This document shows, piece after piece, positions 35,637 to 45,600 of a DNA stretch of 64,000 nt. Below the pieces are notes generated by a model. It was not told the DNA's origin. It was given only the letters and a program-made list of their open reading frames with translations, and searched no databases. The number at the start of each line of letters is the position of its first letter. Position 1 is the stretch's first letter. Both the position numbers and the translations under genes were made by a program. The DNA comes from Rhodospirillaceae bacterium (lineage in GTDB: Bacteria > Pseudomonadota > Alphaproteobacteria > Rhodospirillales > Casp-alpha2), in the NCBI GenBank assembly GCA_038109305.1, contig JAYNIR010000016.1, forward strand, positions 222 through 64,221. Reading direction: 5' to 3'.

Positions 35637-36781
35637 ATGTCGTTTTCCTTTCTCGACGGGATCAGGGTCCTGGACTTGAGCCAGTTTCTGCCGGGTCCGC
35701 TCGCGGGCCAAATCCTGGCCGATCTGGGTGCCGACGTGGTCAAGGTCGAACCACCCCAGGGTGATCCCTTGCTGTCGCAGGACCCCGTATCGGGTCTTCA
35801 TGGGTCCCACGGCGGCGATGCACTATCGCCGTTCAATACAGTCCTCAATGCCGGCAAGCGCGTGGTACGCCTGGATTTGAAATCCGCCGACGGTCAGGCC
35901 GCGTTCCGCGACATGATCCAATCCGTTGACGTGGTCGTGGAGAGTTTCCGCCCGGGCGTCATCGACCGGCTCGGGTTCGGCTTTGACGCCGCTAGGGCGA
36001 TGAACCCATCCTTGATCTATTGTTCCCACGCCGGATACGGCCAGACAGGGCCCAAGCGCACGGCCGCCGGGCACGATCTGAATTACATGGCGTTTTCCGG
36101 CGCACTCAGCCAGGCCGGGGACGCAAACGGCCCGACCATCGCCTGGCCGCCCATGGTGGACTGCGCCGGTGCGGTTGTCTCGCCGCTATCCATCCGGGGC
36201 GCGTTGGTCCGGGGCGGACGGACGGGCGAAGGAACTTATCTGGACGTCGCCATGGCCGACTGCGTCCTGTCCTGGCAAGCGTTGGGATTGACAGCCGACC
36301 GCCTGAACGGTCCGCATGGGCGGGGGCAGGGACTGCTGACCGGCGGGGCGGCCTTTTACCGCGCGTATAAGACGAAGGATGGACGGTACCTTACCGTCGG
36401 CGCGCTAGAGGCACCGCTCTGGCGGAACTTCTGCCAAGCCCTCGGCCGAGAGGATCGGACCGGCCGGCAATAGGAACCAATGCCGCAAACTGGGCTGATC
36501 GACGATGTGGCGGCGGTGATTGCGGCCGAACCGCTCGGATATTGGCTCGAGGTTTTGGATGGCGTTGATACCTGCGTGGAGGCTGCGGCCGACTACTCGG
36601 AAATTCCCGACGGCGCACAGGTCCGTGCGCGGGGCCTCACGCGGGATAGCGGTGTGGAAGGGTCGAGGTGCTTTTGCCGTTTCTGGTCGACGGCATTCAG
36701 TCAGGCGACCGTGCACCGACCCGGATTGCCAGAACCAGCGATGTCGTTGCTGACTGGAAGACTTCAAGGATTGGGGATTAG
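35637..36781 (+). pseudogene. family III CoA-transferase (CaiB/BaiF-like) interrupted by an in-frame TAG and a probable C-terminal frameshift
   Basis: The N-terminus reads MSFSFLDGIRVLDLSQFLPGPLAGQILADLGADVVKVEPP.... A TAG at 36471-36473 lies in the same frame as the downstream ORF starting at 36480 (...LIDDVAAVIAAEPLGYWLEVLDGVDTCV...), which continues the family alignment. The last ~40 codons read sensibly only in another frame (...VEVLLPFLVDGIQSGDRAPTRIARTSDVVADW..., stop at 36779-36781). The combined length of ~381 codons is normal for the family. Confidence 0.65.
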
Positions 36782-37401
36782 CGGCTCAGCACGCGGGGGC
36801 ATTTGTCTTCGCCGACAAGGCCGACTTTGCTGGCGCCGTTCGGGGAGAGGCGAAGATTTCCCTTCGCGCCGATGATGTATGATTGCTGGCCCAACGGCTG
36901 TCCGTTGCCGGCCATTCGCACGACCGACGCCGCCCGGCAGTGCCGGCAGATGTTCACCAGATGCACCGTTCCGCGGCGCTGATCGGTTTCAAGCGTGATG
37001 CATTTTTCTTCGGTGGTGGCGAGCGTTTCCGGTTTCACGATGTTGGCCTGGTCGCAGGGATAGATCGAACCAAGGCTGGTCCGGCCCGGTCCGCGGAAAG
37101 GCAGGGTATAGGATTTGCCGCCGAGCACGTTGAACTTGCGGACCTGCGGCGCCGATTCTCCGGCGCGGGTCCGGGTCACGCTCACGACCAAGCAATGGGA
37201 ACAGCCGTTGACCAGGACTTCGCCCGTGCCGGTGCGTGCTTGACGGATGCAGTTGGCGTAGTTTGCCGTGCGGATCAGTGGATTGTTGGCCACCGCTTTG
37301 GCGTCGGGCACACGAGGCCCGGCGATCGCCGCCGCCGTTGCCAGTAGCGCCACGATCACAAGCGCGATCACAAGCAGGTAAATGTGCAGAATCCGTTCCA
37401 T
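36778..37401 (-). CDS. secreted/anchored protein with two tandem 4-Cys repeats, uncharacterised
   Basis: An N-terminal hydrophobic helix (MERILHIYLLVIALVIVALLATAAAIAG) is followed by two ~70-aa repeats with the pattern C-x15/17-C-x2-C-x45-C (CSHC and CRHC). Confidence 0.55.
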   Translation of the reverse strand: MERILHIYLLVIALVIVALLATAAAIAGPRVPDAKAVANNPLIRTANYANCIRQARTGTGEVLVNGCSHCLVVSVTRTRAGESAPQVRKFNVLGGKSYTLPFRGPGRTSLGSIYPCDQANIVKPETLATTEEKCITLETDQRRGTVHLVNICRHCRAASVVRMAGNGQPLGQQSYIIGAKGNLRLSPNGASKVGLVGEDKCPRVLSR

Positions 37402-37499
37402 AACCCGCAAATCCTATCGGGCAATGGTAAAGGAAAGGTGACCGAATTAAGGGGTAAGCGCGCTCCGGCCCGGCGGCCGCGTCGATGGTCAACCGGGGG

Positions 37500-38669
37500 T
37501 CAACCGGGCTTTTTATAGGGCGAAAAACTGCCGTATGCGCTCATTTCCCGGGCGATGCCGCGCTTTTCGTCCTCGAGGAACCGTGCGACCGCGTCCCGAA
37601 ACCCCGGGTCGGCGATCCAGTGCGCGGAATAAGTTTCGCGCGGCAGGTATCCCCGTTGGATCTTGTGCGGGCCCTGGGCGCCGGCTTCGACCCATTTCAA
37701 TCCCGTTCGGATCGCATAGTCGATGGCCTGGTAGTAACACGCCTCGAAATGCAGGAACTTGTAGTCCTCAATACAACCCCAGTTGCGGCCATAGAGCGTA
37801 TCGGCGCCGCGCAGGTTCAGTGCGCCGGCCACGGGGCGGCCTTGCTTCTCGACAACCACCATGACAACGGCGTCGGACAGCCGCTCGTCCAGCAGGGAGA
37901 AGAACTTTCTGTTCAGATACGCCCGGCCCCATTTTTTATCGGACGTATCCAGGTAAAACCGGAAAAATGCATCCCAATGGGCTTCGGTCACGTCCGAGCC
38001 CTCCAGCACGCGAATTTCAAGCCCGGCGTCGGCGGCCGCGCGCCGTTCTTTTTTGATGTTCTTGCGTTTTCGGGAAGAAAGTTCAGCCAGGAAATCGTCG
38101 AAGGTGTCGAACCCTTGATTTTCCCAATGGAACTGCTGGCCGATCCGCTGCAGAAATCCGGCAACGCCAAGGCCCCGCCATTCGTCCTCCGTCGGGTAAG
38201 TCACGTGGACCGACGACACACCCAGGTTTTCGGCCAGCTGCGCCATGCCGGCCATCAACGCGATGCGCAGTTCATTCCGCGTATACTCGGGCAGATCGCC
38301 GCGAACCAGAAGGCGGCTGCCCGTCGCCGGCGTGAACGGCACGGAACATTGCAGTTTCGGGTAATACCGCCCGCCTGCCCGCTCATAGGCATCGGCCCAG
38401 CCCCAGTCGAAAACATATTCGCCATAGGAATGGTTTTTCAGATAGAGCGGTGCGCACGCGACAAGACTGCCCGAGGGGTCCTCGATGGTCAGATGCTGGC
38501 CCATCCAGCCGCTGTCGGCGGTGGCCGAGCCTGAGTCTTCAAGCGCGGAGAGAAACTCGTGGCGGATAAACGGATTGCCCGATCCGGCGCAGGCGTTCCA
38601 GTCGGCAGCGGAAACGTCGCGAAGGGATGCCCGAACTTTGATAGCGATGGCGTCGCGGCCGTCGGGCAT
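37500..38669 (-). CDS. DUF482 / FemAB-like (GNAT-fold) family protein
   Basis: Contains ...WNACAGSGNPFIRHEFLSALEDSGSA...GW..QHL...APLYLKNHSYGEYVFDWGWADAYERAGGRYYPKL...PFTPATG.... Its ATG lies 2 nt after the stop of the upstream gene. Confidence 0.75.
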   Translation of the reverse strand: MPDGRDAIAIKVRASLRDVSAADWNACAGSGNPFIRHEFLSALEDSGSATADSGWMGQHLTIEDPSGSLVACAPLYLKNHSYGEYVFDWGWADAYERAGGRYYPKLQCSVPFTPATGSRLLVRGDLPEYTRNELRIALMAGMAQLAENLGVSSVHVTYPTEDEWRGLGVAGFLQRIGQQFHWENQGFDTFDDFLAELSSRKRKNIKKERRAAADAGLEIRVLEGSDVTEAHWDAFFRFYLDTSDKKWGRAYLNRKFFSLLDERLSDAVVMVVVEKQGRPVAGALNLRGADTLYGRNWGCIEDYKFLHFEACYYQAIDYAIRTGLKWVEAGAQGPHKIQRGYLPRETYSAHWIADPGFRDAVARFLEDEKRGIAREMSAYGSFSPYKKPG

Positions 38670-38671
38670 GG

Positions 38672-39598
38672 TCAAACCGGGATTTGGATCGAACCGGGGT
38701 GCATCCGATCATCAGATATGATCCTACGAAGGATTTCAATGCTGTCGACAAGGCGCGGTCCCGGCCGATTGAAGTACGCATTGCCGTCCGTGGCGTAAAC
38801 ACGGCCGAGCTTCGCCGCTGTCATTTGCGCGACGTCGGGGAACCGATCAATCATGGCGCGGGCCTCGGCCGCCGTTCGCTCAAGCCCGAACCCGCACGGC
38901 ATGAAGACGACGATATCTGGGTCGGCGGCCTTAAGGTCGCCCCAGGTGATCCAGGGCGGGTGATCGCCGGGCCGACCGAAAATATCCGCGCCGCCTGCGA
39001 TGTCGACCAGTTCGGGCACCCAATTGCCCGCCGCCATCAACGGGTCGGTCCATTCGATACAGGCGACGCGTGGCCGGGTGCCCTGTGGTTTGACGGTCAG
39101 CGCATCCGCACGCGCACGAAGCGCCGCTTGGCCCCGCGCGCCGTCGTCATGGACCCCAAGCGCGTCCGCAACCCGGCCAATATCGCCGATCACGTCGCTG
39201 AGCGTCATGGGTTTCAAGGACAGCATTTTGGTCGATTGACCGGTCCAGGCGCAGACAGCCGCCTCGACATCGGCCAAACTGACGGCGCAGACCTTGCACT
39301 GATCCTGGGTAATGATGACGTCGGGGGCGAGGTCCTTAAGCACGTCATCGAGCACTTGGTATACGGCGGCCGCATCGCGGACCGCGTCCTTGACCTTGCG
39401 GTCGATGTCGGCGCTCGTACCGCCCAGGTCGAGGCGGGGCGCGGTGCAGACGGGCAGGGCGCTGACGCCCGGCGGGTAGTCGCATTCATGAGACCGCCCG
39501 ACCAGCCAATCCCCGCAGCCGAGGGAATTGACGATTTCCGTCGCGCTCGGCAACAATGAAACGACTTTTTTCCGGGGCTTGCTTTTTCCTTGGACCAT
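38672..39598 (-). CDS. BtuF/TroA-like periplasmic-binding-protein fold protein without signal peptide (cobalamin-binding-like)
   Basis: MVQGKSKPRKKVVSLLPSATEIVNSLGCGDWLVGRSHECDYPPGV... has the PBP type 2 (PF01497-like) pattern. I see no N-terminal hydrophobic signal. Confidence 0.7.
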   Translation of the reverse strand: MVQGKSKPRKKVVSLLPSATEIVNSLGCGDWLVGRSHECDYPPGVSALPVCTAPRLDLGGTSADIDRKVKDAVRDAAAVYQVLDDVLKDLAPDVIITQDQCKVCAVSLADVEAAVCAWTGQSTKMLSLKPMTLSDVIGDIGRVADALGVHDDGARGQAALRARADALTVKPQGTRPRVACIEWTDPLMAAGNWVPELVDIAGGADIFGRPGDHPPWITWGDLKAADPDIVVFMPCGFGLERTAAEARAMIDRFPDVAQMTAAKLGRVYATDGNAYFNRPGPRLVDSIEILRRIISDDRMHPGSIQIPV

Positions 39599-39653
39599 CT
39601 CATCTACTGTGCGGAATTCGCCCCCGCGCGGCAACATCAAAAGGCATATTAGA

Positions 39654-40455
39654 ATGTCCGATTTCCGTTTCGGTGTTTTCGCGCTGGCGCTTCTTGGTGC
39701 CTGCGCCCAGCCGGAGCCGCAACCCTCCGCAAATTCAAAACTCCCGCCGGCCTCCCTGACTGCCGAGGCCGTCGACCTGACCTGGACGCGGGCGTACGTC
39801 TACCTGCCGGCGGACCTGAGCCCCTTCACGTCGGGGATCCTCGGGGGCAGGCGGCCTATCGACAATTGAACAAGCCCTCAAGGCGCTGGACGTCGGCTCC
39901 AAACAGCCCGTGGTCATCCACCTGCACGGGTGCGGCGGGTTGGGCAACTCCGGCAAGACCAACGCCACGATGCTGGCGGAAGCCGGTTTTATCGTTTTTG
40001 GTCCGGACAGTTTCGCCCGCCCGGAACGGGTTCAAACCTGCGATGGAAAGCGCAAAGTCGGCATCGGTCCCAAAGGGAGTTACGGCCGGATTATCGGGAT
40101 GCGGCTGAAAGAACTTGAACGCGCGCTGGCGGAAATTGCCGAATATCCTTGGGTTGACCGTGACCGCCTATTCCTGTTCGGCCATTCCCAGGGATCGAAC
40201 GCGGCGGCGGCCTATAACGGCGGCGAATTCAAGGGCCGGGTGATGACCGAGACCCGGTGTTCCCGGGGGTATCACGCGCTGGCGGCGGAACCGGCGCTGG
40301 CGGTTTTTTCGGCGGGGGTCCCATGGCTCCGGGGGCGGGCGGTCAAGTGCCTGGATTATGCCGGCACGACGGCGATCCAGAACCTGAAATTGCCCGGCGA
40401 CGAACACGTCGTCACGCGGGTGCCCGAGGCGAAGCCCGGAAGGTGTCTTTCCTGA
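39654..40455 (+). pseudogene. lipoprotein alpha/beta (dienelactone-type) hydrolase, apparently frameshifted at a G5 run
   Basis: ORF A (39654-39869) encodes a lipoprotein signal (MSDFRFGVFALALLGAC...). ORF B is open from 39820 in another frame and carries the hydrolase core (...KQPVVIHLHGCGG...LFGHSQGS...). The two frames overlap around GGGGG at 39844-39848. Two separate genes cannot be excluded. Confidence 0.45.
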
Positions 40456-40497
40456 AGGGATTGGCCGCCCGGCCGTGACCCGGCATCCGGGCCGGGA

Positions 40498-40965
40498 TCA
40501 GGCGATTTCGAAAATGCCGTCCACCTCGACCGCGACATTCAGCGGAAGCGACGGCGCGCCGACGGCGAACCGTGCATGCTTTCCGGCGTCGCCAAACACT
40601 TCGACCATCAGGTCGGAGGCCCCGTTAACGACCTTCGGGTGATCGGTGAAATCGGCGGTACAACTGACAAAACCGCCCAACTTCACAACCCGTTTGACCC
40701 GGTCCAAATCGCCGCCGCACGCTTCGCGCATCTGTGCGATCAGGTTCAACCCGCAGGTACGGGCGGCGTTATATCCGTCTTCCAGCGAGACGCCGTCGCC
40801 GAGCCGGCCTTTGCACACCAGCTCCCCGTTCCATACACATACCTGACCCGCGACAAACACGGTTTTTCCGACGACGGCGTAGGGGATGTAGCTCGCGGCC
40901 GGCGTGCTCGGCTTGGGCAGTTCAATGCCGAGTTCGGCCAAGCGGTCGTCGATGGTGCCTGACAT
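40498..40965 (-). CDS. RidA/YjgF-family protein
   Basis: 155 aa containing ...YIPYAVVGKTVFVAGQV... and ending ...HARFAVGAPSLPLNVAVEVDGIFEI, typical of the RidA family. Confidence 0.85.
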   Translation of the reverse strand: MSGTIDDRLAELGIELPKPSTPAASYIPYAVVGKTVFVAGQVCVWNGELVCKGRLGDGVSLEDGYNAARTCGLNLIAQMREACGGDLDRVKRVVKLGGFVSCTADFTDHPKVVNGASDLMVEVFGDAGKHARFAVGAPSLPLNVAVEVDGIFEIA

Positions 40966-41052
40966 GATGGTTCCCTGTTCTGTTTGATTTGCGGAAGCGC
41001 ACGACCCCTCGGGGTCATGCGGCGGGCGCGGGACGTCGGCAAGCGGCCGACA

Positions 41053-42292
41053 TTAAAGGCTGAACGAGTCGCCTTCCTTCGGCGCGATGCATTCGGTCTT
41101 GCTGCCGCGTTCCTTGAGCAGCCGGCGAGCGGTTTCCAGCTTGCCGTCGATTGCGTCGCCGTTTTGGTCGGGGTCGTGGTGTTAGAGGTAAAGCGTTTTG
41201 ACCTCGGCCTTGTCGGCCAGGTTCACCACCTTGGACACGCAGGAATGGCCCCAGGTAACCTTGCTGGCGTATTTCTCGTCCGTATAGGTCGCGTCGGTAA
41301 TCAGCCCGTCGGCCGCCCCGGACGAAATCGGCCAGCTGATCTTCGTCGCGCGGGTTGTAGAACTCGCTTTCTTTAAAGAACATTTCGTTGTCGGTGATGT
41401 AACAGACCACCCGCCCGTTGTATTCGATCCGGAACCCCAAGCACTTGCCCGGATGGCTCAACAGCGTGGTTTTCACCGTGGCGCCGTCGAGTTCGAATTC
41501 CTCTTCTTCCAGATCGCGGAAATACACGCGGGCAGCGAATTCCTTCAACGTGATCGGAAAATAAACGCCGTCCATCTGTGCCGAAATGATTTCCCGGATG
41601 GACATGTCACCCCGATTGGCGCCGAGGATCTGGAACTCGTTCCCTTGCCGGTAAAGCGGCCCGAAAAACGGAATGGCGTTGATCTGGTCCCAATGGGGGT
41701 GGGAGATAAAAATGCGGCCCTTGATGTTCCGCCGGCCGTTGGCCATCAGTTTGTCGCCGAGTTTCTTAATCCCGGACCCACCGTCGAAAATAAACAACCG
41801 ATCTTGCGGAAACTGCATCGCGACGCAGTTCGTGTTGCCGCCGTATTTCAGCCGGTCGTCGCCCGAAGACGGCAACGTACCGCGGACGCCCCAGAAACCC
41901 AGTTCAATCTGGTCTTCGAAAATCCGTTCGACCTTTTTGAAAAACGTCATGGTGTCCAGCGGCTTCCGGATAAACCCGTGGGCGCCGAACTCGTAGGACC
42001 GGTTGACGTCGAATTCGTATGGTTTTGCAGTGAGGACGATGAACACCGTATCGGCGAGTTCGGGCTGGCTGCGGGCGAATTTGCAGATCTGAAAGCCGTC
42101 GACATCGGGCATCATCAGGTCGGAAATGATGCAGTCGGGATTCAGGTCGACGATCGCGCTTTTCGCTTTTTTCGAGTCTTCGAAGGTCGTGACCTTGTGG
42201 CCTTCGGCTTTGATAATCGACGAAATTGCCTGCAGGATCATCGGGTCGTCATTGACCGCGACGAAATGGATGGGGGATTTTCTTTTTTTCAT
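41053..42292 (-). pseudogene. response-regulator receiver + metallo-beta-lactamase-fold protein, disrupted by a frameshift and an in-frame TAA
   Basis: The REC domain (...IISDLMMPDVDGFQICKF...VLTAK...) and the MBL region (ISHPHWDQINAIPFF) are intact down to ...DQLADFV. After about 41311-41325 the family-like sequence (AADGLITDATYTDEKYASKVTWGHSCVSKVVNLADKAEVKTLYL*HHDPDQNGDAIDGKLETARRLLKERGSKTECIAPKEGDSFSL*) continues only in a different frame. That frame contains a TAA at 41182-41184 where LF/YHHDP is expected. Confidence 0.8.
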
Positions 42293-42512
42293 GCCCGATC
42301 CCATTGCCTGCACCAAACGGAAAAGCCGCGAAGCGGGCGCCCGCGCCAAACGGCAAGGAACCCAAGAACTTTCCATCGATTCGAATAAAAAGCTACATGG
42401 ATCGGTATGCGTAGCTCCCGACTGCCTGGATTTTAGCAGATGAAAGAAGGACTTCGCAGAGCGTCTTGCCCCCTCTTAACCCCGATCGAATAGGGGTTTT
42501 TGGCGGGAATCA

Positions 42513-42554
42513 GCAAAAAAGAGGCGTACGACGGACCGAAGTCCGCCGCACGCC
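42513..42554 (-). terminator. rho-independent terminator of nrdJ
   Basis: The minus-strand RNA reads GGCGUGCGGCGGAC-UUCG-GUCCGUCGUACGCC, a 14-bp stem including two G-U pairs with a UUCG loop, followed by UCUUUUUUGC. It lies 73 nt downstream of the nrdJ stop. Confidence 0.75.
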
Positions 42555-42626
42555 CCAAGTTTCCCAGGGAGGATCCCGATAAAACCGGGAGGAAATTCGT
42601 CTATGGCGCCCGAAAACAGGGGTCAT

Positions 42627-45600
42627 TTATGAGCATCCGCTTGTCGCGCCGCAGGTGACGCACTTAAGGCAGGTTCCATTCCGGACCAGGGTGAAATTCC
42701 CGCAATCGCCACAGGAATCGCCCTCGTAGCCCTTCATTCGGGCTTCCCGGATCTGCTCGAGCTTGTTGTCGGTCTTTTCCATGACCGACGGCTCGATTTC
42801 CATGACCGCATCGGCTTTCGCCGCGGCATGGTGGTGCAGCCCGCCGTTTCCGGACCCGTTACCGGATTTCGCCGCTATCGAGGCACCACTTGCCTCGCCA
42901 CCGCCGCCTCGACCGCCTTGGACGACCATCAGCTGCTTCGAGCGGACATACCCGCGGCTGGTCAGCTGCTGAACGACCGCTTCCATGACAACGGCCTGTT
43001 CGTCTTCGGGCAGGTCGCTCTCGTCGGCGCCGTCGCCCACGGCATCGGGCATCAGATCGGCCGGCTCGACATGCGCAAGATCGTTGCGCGACAGGTACGA
43101 AACCGCCAGTTCCCGGAAGATGTAATCCAGGATGGAGGTCGCCATCTTGATGGTGTCGTTGCCGGTGACCATACCCGACGGTTCAAACCGGGTGAAGGTG
43201 AAGGCTTCGACATATTCCTCAAGCGGCACGCCGTACTGCAGGCCGATGGATATTCCGATGGCGAAATTGTTCATCAGCGACCGGAAGGCAGCGCCTTCCT
43301 TGTGCATGTCGACGAAGATTTCCGCGAGCCGGCCGTCTTCGTATTCGCCGGTGTGCAGATAAACCTTATGTCCGCCGACGGAGGCCTTCTGGATGTAGCC
43401 CTTACGCCGGTCCGGCGGGCGGCGCCGTTCCTGGACGCGTTCGATAATCCGCTCGACGACGCGCTCGGCGACGATTTCCGCCTGCGCCGCCAGGGGCTTC
43501 TCGGCGATCGCCTCTTCCAGGGTCTCACCATCCACAAGGTCGGCTTCGTCAAGAAGCGCCGCCTGCAGGGGCTGCGACAGTTTCGAGCCGTCGCGGTAAA
43601 GCGCATTTGCCTTGAGCCCGAGCCGCCACGACATCATGTAGGCCTCGTTGCATTCGGCCACGGTGGCACTGTTGGGCATGTTGATGGTCTTCGAAATCGC
43701 CCCCGAAATGAACGGCTGGGCGGCTGCCATCATGCGGATGTGGCTTTCGACGGACAGGAACCGCTTGCCGATCTTGCCGCACGGGTTGGCGCAGTCGAAC
43801 ACCGGCAGGTGCTCGGGTTTCAGGCCCGGCGCTCCCTCTAGCGTCATCGCCCCGCAAACATAGGTGTTGGCGGCGTCAATCTCGCGTTTGGAAAAGCCCA
43901 GATAGGCCAGCATGTCGAAGGTCATGTCGTCGAGCTTTTCGGTCGGGATGCCGAGTCCCTGGCGGCAGAAATCCTCGCCCAAATTCCACTTGTTGAAGAC
44001 GAACTTGATGTCGAAGGCCTCGCTTAGATTCTCCTCAAGTTTTGCAAGAAGATCATCGGTGAAGCCTCTGTCTTTCAACGATTCATGGTTGATGCCGCTG
44101 GCGCCGGCGAAGGTGCCTCGGCCGACTGCGTAATTAATGATCGCCTCGATCTCGTCAGCCGTATACCCCAGCCCCTTGAGCGCCTTTGGGACCATCCGGT
44201 TGATGATCTTGAAGTAACCGCCGCCGGCGAGTTTCTTGAACTTGACCAGGGCGAAGTCGGGCTCGATCCCGGTCGTGTCGCAATCCATGACCAGGCCGAT
44301 GGTGCCTGTCGGCGCGATCACCGTGGTCTGGGCATTGCGGAAGCCATGGGCTTCGCCGGCCGTGAGCGCATCGTCCCACGCCTTGGCGGCTGCTTTGGAA
44401 AGTGCCGCGTCCGGGCAGTCGGCGGCCTTGAGCGGCACCGGCAGGACCTCAAGCCCTTCGTAGCCCTTGGCTTTACCATGCGCCGCCAGACGATGGTTGC
44501 GGATGACCCGCAACATGGCGTCGGCATTTTCCTCGTAACGGGGGAACGCGCCCAGCTCGGCGGCCATTTCGGCCGACGTCGCATAGCACACGCCGGTCAT
44601 CAGCGCGGTGATGGCGGCGCAGATCGCCCGGCCTTCGTCGGAGTCGTAGGACAAGCCCGAATTCATCAAATACCCGCCGATGTTGGCGTAGCCAAGGCCG
44701 AGCGTCCGGAACTCGAAGGACAACTGGGCAATTTCCTTGGACGGGAATTGGGCCATCAGGACCGAAATTTCCAGCGTGATGGTCCACAGGCGCACCGCGT
44801 GCTCAAACCCTTTGAGGTCGAATTTGCCCTTGCCCTTGTCGAAGGTGATCAGGTTCAGGGACGCAAGGTTACAGGCCGTGTCGTCCAGGAACATGTATTC
44901 CGAACAGGGGTTGGAGGCATTGATCCGGCCGGAGTTGGGGCAGGTGTGCCATTCGTTGATAGTGGTATCGTACTGCAAGCCAGGATCGGCGCAGGCCCAG
45001 GCCGAATAACCGATCTTTTCCCAAAGGTCGCGGGCCGGGAGGCGCTTGACCACCTTGCCGTTGGTGCGGCTGATCAATTCCCACTCGCCGCCATCCAGAA
45101 CGGCATTGATGAACTTGTTGTCGACGCGGACGGAGTTGTTGGAATTCTGCCCCGAAACCGTCACATAGGCTTCGGAATCCCAATCCGTATCGTAGGTCGG
45201 AAATTCGATTTCCGTGTAGCCCTGCTTGGCGAAGTGGATCACCCGCTGCACGTAGTTTTCCGGGATCATCACCCGGCGGCACTCGATGATCGCTCTCTTC
45301 AGGCGCGGATTGCGCTTGGCATCGAACCGCGCGTCGTCACCGGCTTCGGGGATCGTTTCAGAGCACGCCGCCATGATTTCGCAGAGGTGCCGCTGGGCCA
45401 GGCGCGAACCCGCGACGAGGGCGGCAACCTTCTGCTCTTCGTGCACTTTCCATTCAACGTAGTTTTCGATGTCCGGGTGGTCGACGTCGACGACGACCAT
45501 TTTGGCCGCGCGACGAGTGGTCCCGCCCGATTTTATGGCGCCCGCGGCACGGTCGCCGATCTTGAGGAAGCTCATCAGGCCCGACGACTTGCCGCCGCCT

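Noticed and set aside
36471-36473. The in-frame TAG in the CoA-transferase as programmed read-through or pyrrolysine.
   Set aside because: There is no pyl gene context. The gene also carries a second lesion (a frameshift) near its 3' end, so simple inactivation is the more economical reading.
42385-42501. A possible plus-strand sRNA, with hairpin AGCTAC...GTAGCT at 42391-42416 and AACCCC-loop-GGGGTTTTT at 42478-42501.
   Set aside because: The stems are only 6 bp and no promoter is recognisable. The region is also simply the upstream region of the REC-MBL pseudogene. This is too weak to call without transcript data.
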